Source of the DNA: Botryllus schlosseri
Taxonomy: Eukaryota
DNA length: 64,000 nucleotides
Assembly (NCBI GenBank): GCA_051294905.1
Contig: CM119371.1
Location: 24,926,001-24,990,000 of the forward strand
Direction of reading: 5' to 3'
Shown: piece after piece, positions 26,479 through 38,000 of the stretch
Position numbering within the stretch: the stretch's first letter is position 1
How the letters are laid out: every line of letters begins with the position of its first letter
Translations under genes and position numbers: made by a program
Notes under the pieces: model-generated
The model's database searches: none
The model's input: the letters and a program-made list of their open reading frames with translations, nothing else
What the model was told of the DNA's origin: nothing

Positions 26479-27959
26479 ATGTACACGATACCTAGCGGAG
26501 ACTCTGGCCACAAAATGCAACAATGCTGAAGTACATATTAGCGTTTTAAACGTCGCTAAATGTATCAACTGAGTCAACCAAAGGATATAATACTCCCATA
26601 AAATCATTATCTTTAGACGCTTCACCAACAATTTCGACGAGGACTTACCAGGGAATATTTGCTTACCCTTTACCGGTCTAGGCCAGACCGAACAATGTAT
26701 TCGGCGTCTGTGTATTGCTACGTTGATATTGAGCACAGTGTAAAATGGGTTTCTATACTTGCTACCGATATTACCCCATTAACAAGTTATGCAGCAGCAG
26801 CCAACATCTGAATCGAACGGATTTGGTTTTAATGATGCAGTAAAGATATGAAGTCAAGGTTGAACCCGTAGGCCTTCTGGAATCATTCGCTGACAACGTA
26901 TTTCGCTCACGATGTTGTGTGATTGCGGGCCAAGCTCACAGCAGAGTGTCACTTTTGAGATTGTCAAGGTGCATGCCTGTTTTGTGTCGATTTTTAATGC
27001 TGCCAGCGCCATGCATAGAGTAGCCCGCAGTTGAAATGCAATAAATTTGAACCAAATATGTTATGATAAAGGTAAAATTGTAATATATGAAAAAGGTTCA
27101 CAGTGCAGAACCTACCTATTATGTGTTGTGAACGCGAACCTCTAAATCTCCGATTTTCACTCACAGAACGCGAACCTCACGTTCACACCATCCCTAGTAT
27201 TCTCCACTGCGGAGGCCTTGAAACCTCGTTTCGTCGCATCACAGCATACGAAACATGTTTATTATGAAGCTACAAATTACCGTTACATGTCGTGAACAAT
27301 TGACAATATTATATTCTTTGTGGTAAGATAAAATCGCATATATGAGCTTTCCACATCCTTCACGCTGTTATTTAGTCATAATGAGTGATACTAGATTACT
27401 CAACTCGACTCGAATATTAGCACTCAATTCACAATCGAATCACTCAGGTACTCGATTTTGCCCAGCCCTAGTATTTAGATGCGTTATTTAACAATCGTAT
27501 TTTATCATCCAACCTACCGCCTAATTTTATAGCAAGCACCCACCAATGCCCCATTTCATGGCCAGAGCCCCCTTCACGCTCACGAACGCTCCCAGACGGG
27601 TGATGGCGGGCATTATGGGAACCGTGGCATTAGAAAGTACTTTATGTATTGGTATGGAAGGCGAAATGAAATGTTTAGTAACAGATAATTACGGAATTAC
27701 CGTCTATTATTTGCTGGTTTGATTAGTAATACCTTTAAACGTCAATGCAATGGTTTTTGGCAGAGCATTGTGTCGATAAGACACACTCGATAAACTGGCA
27801 AACATATAAATTTATCGCCTAATTAATTTTCGTTATATTTTCATTCAATGATTTCGATCTAATCTGTCGAATATTTTAGTTGACTGTACGAAATTAATGC
27901 CAGACATTGATGCTAGCGATCATGTGATATTACTGATAATTTTCATTTTCATCATTGAG

Positions 27960-28127
27960 CTTTCCCGAATGTCGATATGGGATGGTGCGATGACGCCAGA
28001 TGTCTACGGGGACGTTGCTGCTATTATCAGCATCACGGGATGTTCGACAATATATTTTGGAGAATGCGATTTGACGAAACAGAAGTTTTACAGTTTCGCG
28101 GACACTGGCTATGATATTCAATTACAT
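27960..28127 (+). CDS. 168-nt phase-0 exon of an LRR (NLR-like) gene: LSRMSIWDGAMTPDVYGDVAAIISITGCSTIYFGECDLTKQKFYSFADTGYDIQLH
   Basis: Pyrimidine tract then GAG acceptor; GTAAGT donor; 56 codons that align with the next two exons. Confidence 0.8.
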
Positions 28128-28272
28128 GTAAGTTGGTAATTTTGCTGATAGATTTGTTTTATACAAATAATTCCTGTTTTGTAAATAAGTATAAAGAAGT
28201 AAATCGATCTTAAGCTACATTGTTATTATAAAGCAATTGGAAATAATATATAGGCCAATTCTTATTTCATAG

Positions 28273-28440
28273 CTCTCGACACTGCACATAACCGATGTGA
28301 AATTGCCAGTTGAATGTTACCGCGTAATAGCATATACACTCAAGTGTCTCAGTTGCCAGGAGATAGTGTTCGATGACTGCGAATTGACGAGACGGAAGCT
28401 TAATAAATTTTACATCGGTTGTGAAGACAACGATCTATCT
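28273..28440 (+). CDS. 168-nt phase-0 exon of the LRR gene: LSTLHITDVKLPVECYRVIAYTLKCLSCQEIVFDDCELTRRKLNKFYIGCEDNDLS
   Basis: TTTCATAG acceptor; GTAAGT donor; same length and repeat pattern. Confidence 0.85.
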
Positions 28441-28520
28441 GTAAGTTCATTCAATGTACATAAGACTCACATTGCTTATATCACCAGTGCCTGCTATGGC
28501 GATTGCGACTAACTGACTGG

Positions 28521-28762
28521 TTTGTTTGTTTGTTTTGTGGTATTCAAGGTGTTTGTCAACTACTATGGTCATTTACACTAGGCCAATATTCTTCATTTTT
28601 TCCGTAACGGCCCACGTCTAGGCTTATTGTAATACACGCCTTACGCAGTCTAGATATAACTCCAACACTTAGGTATAGGGATACTGCAGTCGGCCGAGGT
28701 CGGACTCGAACCAGCACCTATTGGTGTTACAGCAGCGGATTGTACCGCTGCGCTATCTCGCC
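28521..28762 (-). mobile_element. tRNA-derived SINE
   Basis: Minus strand begins GGCGAGATAGCGCAGCGG (A box), has GGTTCGAGTCC (B box) and a (AAAC)n tail; similar to the 32543 and 60772 copies. Confidence 0.85.
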
Positions 28763-30299
28763 ACCACTCGATTGACTGGTAGATCGAACGGTCTTTACGT
28801 CAGACTTCGAAATCATACCAGCAAACCACGCAGTAATATTAATTACAAAATATAATGGGTTCATGAGTGATATTGACAGTAATATTTTCGCAGATTGGCA
28901 TATCAAGATAACTTCTGGGCTGGAACAGTAATTGGAACCCTGCCAAATAGTGTGTACACCTGGTTACGAATAACACAAACAAAACTGACGTATCGTAGGT
29001 GACCCGTGCACTCAACTCATGTAATGCTTTTGGTCGCTGCGAGCAAAGACCACATCTGAGGAACAGTTTAAAAATATCGTTGGCTTTATTGCAATGCATT
29101 CATAAAAATTGAGATTTGTTTGGGTAGCCTAGTACATCAAATATGTGAATGAAAATGACATTAGTATCGAGTGGTATGCTAATCCGTTCTGAATTCGCCG
29201 CAATCGATCAAAATATTCGTACACTATGTTGTTGGGTCTCCTAGAATAATGTCCGATGCAATCGGAAGTTCACTGAAAAAGCCCATGACGAAAGAAAATG
29301 TAGTCTAGAGCAGGATATATGTCCAATATTTCAAACATCATCCTTTTTAGTTGCCTAATCGAAATTTCAAACACTACCGTAATTGTAAGATACTAATAGA
29401 CATTGTACTTTGTTCATGCTGTCGACGTAAGTCTCCTTGACGTATTTATATGCTTCCTTTGCCTAATTCGCAATCTGGCGTCTACACTTCGTACGCGTTG
29501 TGAGGAACACAATATATTTACCTGTGAAGGGGGACGTTTGGACTCGGTTCATAATTATTAAATCGCCAGTGGGCATTCCATTCTGGGGACCTATTAGTTC
29601 GGAAGGGGCACATCACTGCAACCATAGATATTTGAATTATATATTTGTGTAACAAATATATTTCCATGTAAACACAATATACCGGTAACGGTTCCGCATT
29701 GGCGTTCTCGCTTCTGTGAATACCTACTCTGTTGGTAAAGCTTTCTATATAACCATGAACTCAGTGTGAAGATTTTGCCTTCCCGAAATCGGGTGTCAAT
29801 GTCACCGAATTGAGTAACAAATAGAGTGAAACCATAAATCCGTAGTTCGATGGTTCTAATTCGGCCTATGAAAATGAACATGGCCGACATTTGGTGTCTT
29901 GGAGGATTATTTAATGGATGTATTTCCTGCCAAAAAATCTCATCATTTGCTACAAATGTGCTGGATAATATATTAATTTTGTAATCATATCAGCATTGCT
30001 TCATCGGCCGGATAAAATCGTTTGGCGGGACAGATGCTGCCCGTGGGCCGTATGTCTGGCACCCCTTGTGTTGTGGTGTAGTTTCATCAGATTTGGATGC
30101 AATATTTCAATCATATTAAGAAAGCCATGTCCTATTCTTTATTGTTGTCCAGATTTCTCACGATTCATTCATGTAGTTATCATGCAATTCACTGCATACG
30201 TCGAAACGATATTGCACAAAAGCGAACGAAACTGATATACATTACAACCCAAATCATAATTACTTTGAAATAAAATTGTTATATATTTGTCTCATCAAG

Positions 30300-30467
30300 T
30301 TTTCGGATCTGACTATCCTCGATAGTTTAATGCCTCCAGAAGCTTACTATAACGTCGGAGCTGTCGTAAAAGCCACCAAATGTGCTGATGTGTATTTCGG
30401 AAGATGCGATTTGTCAAGAGATAAATTAGAACGCTTGGGTATGGGATGCATGAAAAGCCGGATCGTG
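30300..30467 (+). CDS. 168-nt phase-0 exon of the LRR gene: FSDLTILDSLMPPEAYYNVGAVVKATKCADVYFGRCDLSRDKLERLGMGCMKSRIV
   Basis: AAG acceptor; GTAAGT donor; 56 codons with the same pattern. Confidence 0.82.
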
Positions 30468-30627
30468 GTAAGTCGGGCAATCTTCTTTTTCATATCATAG
30501 CAACTTCCATGACAGGAAATAGAGTGGAACTGTGATCGGAAGATGTGTTTTCAAAGTTACGTGTCATATTTCCGTCAATAAATGTATAGTACCGCTTTCG
30601 ATACATATTATACATGATGCTTTGGGT

Positions 30628-32398
30628 CAGTGTTGTGATGACTCGAGTCATGACTTGACTCGAGTCAGACTCGAGTCACCTTTTTCGCATGACTAGACTT
30701 GACTCGAGTCACTTTGCAAAAATGACTTGACTTGACTTGACTCTGCGTATCAGAAATGAGGATTGACTCGTGACTCGGACCAAAATTCACGAGTCAATTT
30801 CAAGTCATCAAGTAATCGGTGTGGATTATTATTATTATTATAGGTAAAAACATTGGCATGAGTGGCGCTTATCACAACTGAAGGCTTTTTGCGCCACGGA
30901 CAGAAACAAGTTAAACGCTACAGAAAGTTCATGATATATAACTGAGATAGGTACACATGTGCACATAAAAAAGTTTTACAATATTCCTCGAGTCGATCTA
31001 ACATATTCAACAAGATATCGCAGTACTTGTGGATCAGTCAGTAGGGTTCGCATGTCAAAATTTACATTCTTCGACTCTGCATGGCGTCGTAAGCATTCTC
31101 TTTGATAGCGGTATTTTCTGCAATTCATGAGATAATGCTCTACGGTTTCCTCAATACCACATGCTTCGCACAGTTGCGAGTCGATGCATCCAATCTTGTT
31201 GAGATGGTGGTTTAGTCTGCAATGCGTCGTTCTTAACCGCAGCACAATCGAGTTTCCCAACCTTGTATCCATTTCAGATAGTCTGTCATGTACCGAGGGT
31301 CGCAGATCTTTGTACGCTCTCCCAGTATCTGTGGATTGATAGATGCGGTCCCATTCATCTTTGCAGCTCTTTAGCAAGTACGACCGTACGTCGGCGAGTG
31401 GGATGGCATGACTCCGGCGTATGTGTGTATTAGCAGCTCCCGCCCTTGCTAATTGATCTGCAGATTCATTACCGCGTATTCCGGAGTGTCCAGGCACCCA
31501 TACAAACGATATGGTAATTTCTGCTGTCCGCAACTGATGATTCAGCTCAATAATTTCATTCACCAGTGGATGAGGATTGACTCGTGACTCGGACCAAAAT
31601 TCACGAGTCAATTTCAAGTCATCAAGTAATCGGTGTGGATAAAAATCACTGTATCTTGCATATATTCGGATTGTTCGCAAAACGCTGGTGTAACCCGTGA
31701 GAGCGAATAATCATTCAAATATTGTGTGTTTCACTGAGTCTCGATTGTTCTCTCACAAAAAATTGACCGCAAACGAAGTGATCGTATCTTACATCTTACG
31801 TTGTCGTAAATCGAGTACGTAATAAAATAGCGAAATGTCTATTTCTGCTCTCTGTCCTTACCTTAACCAAACCTCTTGTTACATTGAAATCGAATATAGT
31901 TTATATAGTTCTCAACCATTGTCGCAGGCTCGATTTGTATCATTAATTTGTAAATGGGTAATGCATTGCATCTTATCAATTCGTTTGTCTATTCTCTATT
32001 TTGGCTGGTAACTTTAAACTGAGGCTATGCAAATACGTGGTTCAACAGTTCTACGTATATGTGAGAGATACAGCGTCTTCTTGCGAGGATATTCAACTCT
32101 ATATTCGTTCATTGGTTAGGAATTAATGACCACTCAATCTGTATTTCATTCAGCTAGCAGATTGCAATGACGTAATCATGCCTCATACTTCGAAAAGGCA
32201 ACTTGACTTGAAATGTGACTTGACTCGTGACTTGACTTGACTTGATTCGACTTGACTCGAGTCACATTTGAAAATCGAGTGACTTGACTTGACTCGAGTC
32301 ACATTTGAAAATCGATTGACTTGACTTGACTCGAGTCAAAATGTGCAATGACTCGAAATGACTCGTGACTCGAAGGTGGTGACTTGATCCCAACACTG
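30628..32398. mobile_element. hAT-type non-autonomous element with GACTCGAGTC/GACTT subterminal repeats; contains a LINE fragment
   Basis: TIRs CAGTGTTG...CAACACTG; 8-bp TSD CTTTGGGT/TTTTGGGT (7/8). Confidence 0.85.
30827..31569 (-). mobile_element. 5'-truncated RNase H-bearing non-LTR retrotransposon (LINE) 3' end
   Basis: Encodes the RNase H C-terminus (ISFVWVPGHSGIRGNESADQLA) and a CCHC-type finger (CEACGIEETVEHYLMNC); stop at 30976; (TAA)n tail; flanked by a 71-bp direct duplication. Confidence 0.9.
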
Positions 32399-32542
32399 TT
32401 TTGGGTGCTTTTATTCTGTCTGTTCTTTATTGATTATAATCACCTGTTTGATGTATTATATTAGCTCATATTGTAAGAGTTCTAGCTAATCCACCGAGCA
32501 CAAATCGTGATTCGTACAATAAAAGTTTCAAAACAGCACCTT

Positions 32543-32823
32543 GGCGAGATAGCGCAGTGGTATACTCCGCAGCTGCAACACCAATGGGTGCGTTTTCGAG
32601 TCCGACCGAAGTCGACTTCAGAATTCCGATACCTAAGTGTTGGAGGTTGACCTAGGCTCCTCCTCACCTCCTCATCCGCGTAAGCGGTGTCTTTTTTAAA
32701 AAAAAGCCTATAGGTGGACCGGGCTGTAAGTCGGCAGTTACGAAAACAAATGAACAATATCGGCCTGGTGTAAATGACCGTAGTAGTCGACGAACACCAT
32801 GAATACCACAAAACAAAACAAAC
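32543..32823 (+). mobile_element. tRNA-derived SINE
   Basis: GGCGAGATAGCGCAGTGG head, TTCGAGTCC B box, AAAAC-type tail; aligns with 60772-61044. Confidence 0.85.
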
Positions 32824-33144
32824 ACAGTTTCGACACATATGCGAGTATCAAACATGAGATACAAAAGATATAGTCAAAATGAAGATGCTCTCACGATAGG
32901 CATATGCACATCTCGCAATAATCATAAATTCATGTATAGATTATGTTAATAGATGGCATATAGGGCATAGAAGTACTCATTGTGCTATGGAGTTTGCGAC
33001 GTTTTCGATATTGATATTTAATGTCCACTTAACTCCCTATCCCACCGCTGCCAGAAAAGTAATTAGTGTTATTTCTATGTTGTTCGTGACGTTTTCTCTG
33101 CTATTGATGTAATATAATATGAATAACTACATTATGATATAAAT

Positions 33145-34077
33145 TAGGGTTACCATATTTTGGCGAAGCCAATTCCGGACACTCTTTAGCGCCCACTAGC
33201 GGATTTTAAAATGAGGTGTAACTCATTGACCGTCAATATGACGTCACACTAGCAAAGCATTGTCCATCGACTGTATACACTAAACAGGAACGGAGTGGAA
33301 CATAGGTCATGAATTGGACCATCTTCCGTCCAAAAAAGCACTGATCTTGGGCCCACCATAGGGTAGTCGATGTAACTTGTTGGGCACTTACTATGTTCAT
33401 TTGGCTGTTAAATTTTATGTATGAATTCTGTCAATAATATTGATTCTTCCATATATTAGGCTACTATAAAATGAACCAGCAGGTTGCACATCCGGTGATT
33501 TCCAACCTTTTATGGTCGTGACCTCTTTTCCCACTTAAAAATGTTTCGTGGTAAACTTCAAAACTTGATAAGCTGATTACTAAAAAAATTCAGCTTGCCC
33601 AAACTTAGTCACGGCCTAGGAAGCTGATTACGTCCAATATAATCGCGATCCCCAGATAAAGGCGAACGACCCCAAGATTTGGAACAACTGTCTGTGATTG
33701 AAGCATGCAATCGGCCTTAACCAACTCTAGGAATATACCGTTAGCTTATAATTGCGATTACAATCAGACTTATTTCAGTAAATGATGGTTATTTATAATA
33801 CTTTTAATTGCATTTTTTGGAGAGGATGGTGCCTGGTGCCCATACTAATATAATTATACGTTGCATTACCTCGCGCGCGGCGCAGAGAACAATTTTGAAT
33901 AGCATAAATCTGCTTGAAAATAATATTGTTTATGTTGATTTACGAACAACTTTTGAGCCTGCTTCAAGCCTTCAAAATTCCGGACATTTGGGCATATTTT
34001 AGAAATTCCTCCCGGACGCAGATTTTTCAGTGAAATTCCGGACATGTCCGGGAAATTCCGGACGTATGGCAACCCTA
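33145..34077. mobile_element. hAT-type MITE with TAGGGTT termini
   Basis: TAGGGTTACCATA...TATGGCAACCCTA; TSD ATATAAAT/ATATAAAC; CCGGAC subterminal repeats. Confidence 0.8.
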
Positions 34078-35328
34078 ATATAAACAAAATCAATAGAGTA
34101 GCGTATTATTGTGTTAGAAGGTCATTGGCAATGCGGTAGAAACGCTGCATGCCGCATCAACACAACTACATTCCGCAAACCACGTATTCGTCCATATGTC
34201 CTACTCCACAGCGGGTACGAAAAAATTACGGTACGATACGATAAAAATATTGTAATTTCGTATCGTATCGTACTAAAGCCAAAGTATCATACCGAAATGT
34301 TCGCCGATATTCCACCCTAACTGGCCATAGCGAATATTTCGTGTGAATGGTCTGATCATCCACGACTCCATTTTAAACTACTCTGCGCATCGGAGAAAAA
34401 TGGTAACTGGCCAGATGTGCCGACCAGCTACCGGTATAGTTATTGTCACTCATGATCACACTCGTAATGCGATGGGACATCAGTGTAAAATTGATATCGC
34501 GACATCCCGCGAATATACTGACTTGGCACGATACTAGCAATCAAAAGAGAGAGAGCTAACGTGACTACAACTACAACTACAACTACAAACCATTATCATA
34601 CGATGAATATATTACTATTCTACTACAATTCTGGATATAAATGGCAGGTCCCTTGGCAATTTTTCAAATCACGGATGGTTCCCTTCGAAATCAACACAAA
34701 ATAACACGTGTGATTTCCCGATGTCAATGTGACAGGTGTAGCCGATATATTTCAACTAGCTTGAATATGTTTGGTTGCAATTTTGTGAACGCAAACGGTT
34801 GTCTTGGCCTTCAGAGCGATGAACCTAAATTCGGGGGATGAATCCTTCATACTCCTTTGAGTAATTTCCTCACTGTCCTTTATCTGTATGATTCACAAAA
34901 GACATTACGCGATTCAGGAACGAACAAAATTGTTTTTTTTTCTGGATACTAGGAATTTTTCAAAACGTGCTTTGCGGATCTAGAAAATTGTCTCGTGGAC
35001 CCCAGTTTGATAACCACTGCTATAGACAGACATGCCAAGCTGGACTGTACAAATGTTGGATACACCTTGTTCTACTGCGAAAGGAACCAATGAGAAATAA
35101 TGAGAAGCAATAGCTTATGCCATCATAATAACGAATGTAATTAATAAGTTTCGCACAGCTGATGCGAACAACCTATTGTGGAGCATAAACTTGTCTATTT
35201 ATTGTGACAGCTAGTCATCGGTCCATTCGGTACATCCCAATGCACCCTATCCGAGTGGTACATCTATTTAAAGTTTTGGTACTCCCTGGGGTGTACGATG
35301 CACCCAGTTGAAGAGCCATGGCCTAGTG

Positions 35329-36876
35329 CAGTGGTTCTTAACCTTTTTTCTTCCATCGCCCCCTTTCAAAAATTATCGTGCTCCAGCGCCCCCCAATTTC
35401 ATATTGTAAGGAATGTAATAAAGACAATGAGTAAGAGGGAGGGCCGTAACAGCACTTCGTTAACCCCCCTAAAAACGATTGCCTTGCGCACCCATAGTGT
35501 GACAAACCGAACTTCTAAGGGCTTCGCCCCCACGAACCCCATATCGTGATTTTGATGGTCAGCAAAGTTTGTGTGGCCTGGTCGCCCTAGGTACCAAAAT
35601 TTTCCATAATGCATGAATGAATAGGTGGTAATTACATATATAAGTCGCTATAAACTTTTTATCCTCTCAGCCCACGTAATCAGATTTACGAGTAGCACTG
35701 AGTGAGCTGTTGTATAGGAAAATAAAGGGCACGTAATTAATAATTAAACATATTCGGGCGTGCCCGCAGGTACAATTATTCGTTAACAGGGCCGTAACAG
35801 CACTCCGTCAGCCCCCCCCCCCCCCAAAAAAAAAATAACGTTGGTCCTGGGCCCCCATCGGGTGATAAACCAAACTTCCGGGGGACTTCACTCCCAGACC
35901 CCCATTAGGCTGTCCGCTATTTGCTGATAGCCTATTAGGTATCTACATTAGGTGTACATTTACTGAGGCAGCTATTCTCGCCTATTCGCGCGAAGTGCGA
36001 AAAATTTCACTAATTATTGATTGAATTGGTCAATATCATCGGGAATTGCATGTAAATTGAGATCAATTTTTATCCTCTCTCTGCTCACGTAAACAAATTT
36101 ACCGGTAGATCTGAGTGAGGTGCCATGCTCCCTCTAAGCTGCGCATGTGCGCAGTGCTGACACGGTCTCTACGCACAGAAAATCTACGTTGCGCACAACA
36201 AATCCGGAGTTATTACCTTTTTTTAGTCGTTACGCACTGTTGTCCAAGGGTCAGCGCAGTGAGTTGTTGAGTCTGCGCAGACTCATCAAAACTTAAAGCG
36301 AACATTGTGAGGTTTCTTGGAAACTGTGGGGCCCGTTACTAATAATTAAACATATTCGGGCGGGCGAACCTGTTGGTATGACTTCGTTGCATGATGTTAT
36401 TTCGTGACCCCCCTGTCTGCAATATCAAAAAATATAGAATCGTTCAACGGGGATATCGCCCAACAGGAATATCCCTGTCGCCCAATCGTACTAAACTAAA
36501 AGACGCACACGATTTCAGATTGGTATTTCTTCACTGACATATAATTTTTCCCTGCCAGATGGAATTCGTCTTCTGGGGTTCAGATTGCCAAGACAGGAAC
36601 ATTCGGTGTCAGTCATTTAGGCGCTTATGGACAATTACACCTATATGTATTTTGAAGGCTATATGTAACGAAGTTTTCGGTGTTAATTTGCTCTGAATAC
36701 TCATTAGGGATATGTCCTATCACCACATCATCTACTGCAAAGCCATTTTTCTCCAGCGCCCCCATACCACCCCCCTGAGCCCAGCGCCCCCCATATCGCC
36801 CCCTGAGCGTTTCCGCCCCCTTTCAAGATCGCCAGCGCCCCCTGGGGGGCGCTGGGGGCAATGTTAAGAACCACTG
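35329..36876. mobile_element. Full-length hAT-type non-autonomous element
   Basis: TIR CAGTGGTTCTTAAC...GTTAAGAACCACTG; perfect 8-bp TSD GCCTAGTG (35321-35328, 36877-36884). Confidence 0.92.
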
Positions 36877-36914
36877 GCCTAGTGTAATGCAAAATTATTG
36901 CATGGCGATTTCAG

Positions 36915-37085
36915 ATTCCGCTACTTTCTCTCGATTGGTCATATTCCGCTGCCAATGATGATCACATATCAGTGCTGTGCGACTTGATGATATTTGCTAT
37001 GAATGATCTTGTTTTATTGAATTGGGAAATTGATGCTAAAGGAAAGAAAAGACTAATAAACACACTTCACCTAGAAAACTCAAAG
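36915..37085 (+). CDS. 171-nt phase-0 exon, probably the same LRR gene: IPLLSLDWSYSAANDDHISVLCDLMIFAMNDLVLLNWEIDAKGKKRLINTLHLENSK
   Basis: TTTCAG acceptor; AAG|GTAGG donor; open 57 codons with LRR-like leucine spacing; phase-compatible with the upstream exons. Confidence 0.7.
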
Positions 37086-37173
37086 GTAGGATTGTGATTT
37101 TGTAACTTGTTTATGATATTTTCCACACTGTAATCTTTGCTTGGATATTAATCCTGTATTGTTTTCGTGTCAG

Positions 37174-37302
37174 CAAATGGGCAGCAGGTAACGTCTGACT
37201 TATCAAATGTCTAACCCCGTTTCGCAACGGAATTCTTTTTCTTGCAGGTATTATAATAACGATTTTTCGCTTTTTCCACGTGCAGTGCAAACGTTGTTAT
37301 GA
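37174..37302 (+). CDS. Possible terminal exons of the LRR gene: 14-nt microexon 37174-37187 plus 37248-37302 (QMGSR-YYNNDFSLFPRAVQTLL*); alternatively direct splicing to 37248 (VL*)
   Basis: Consensus sites TGTCAG|...CAG|GTAAC and TTTTTCTTGCAG|; frames compatible. Confidence 0.35.
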
Positions 37303-37787
37303 GATAGTGTAATAACTATACGCCGGTTATAACGTCGTTTTTTCATAATTTAAAAATAATGATCCTATCCGCATGTTGACGCAGTTTTATCATTATGCGA
37401 CTATAGGAACGTGCAGGGCCATGGTGTCCTATGTTTTTGTGTAGGAAGAAGCAGATCGCACTACTCACGGCACATAAATTTCTCCATTTAGGCTACTTAT
37501 AGCCAATTTATAGCAATGTTTGGGCCTGCTTCCATAACGCCAAATTCTATAAAACTGGTAAAAATCAAAAGCTAATGTGCTACTGTAGAGGAACATTAAA
37601 ATATCATACTGTGTAAGGTCAGGAACGCACCAAAATGAGTCTTGAATATATCATCGTGACTGATTCGGATTTGTTATGGAATACTCACGTCCATGAGAAA
37701 CGGACGATTAGCTCAAAAGCAACACGGAGGGAACGCCCGAATATGTTTAATTATTAATTACGCGGCCTTCATTTTACATGACAACAG

Positions 37788-37937
37788 TGTAATAATAGCT
37801 GCTTCTTTACTAAGCTCAGCAACAGACTGTAGAGTACATGTTTATTACTCGTCGGTCTACAACACCCTGATTAATGAAACAAGGATGCAGGCTGGAGCCT
37901 TGAAAAACATAAACGGAAATAATCAAATATTACAACA
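37788..37937 (-). repeat. 3' LTR
   Basis: Direct repeat of 42171-42320; preceded on the minus strand by the purine tract GGAAGGAAGA. Confidence 0.97.
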
Positions 37938-38000
37938 TCTTCCTTCCAATAGTTTAGAAGTAAGAATGGCACAGTGACTACAATACTACACAAGGAAAAG

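Noticed and set aside
31570..31680. N-terminus of the 234-aa ORF as LINE protein
   Set aside because: Derived from the host MITE and the duplicated target; LINE sequence starts at about 31569.
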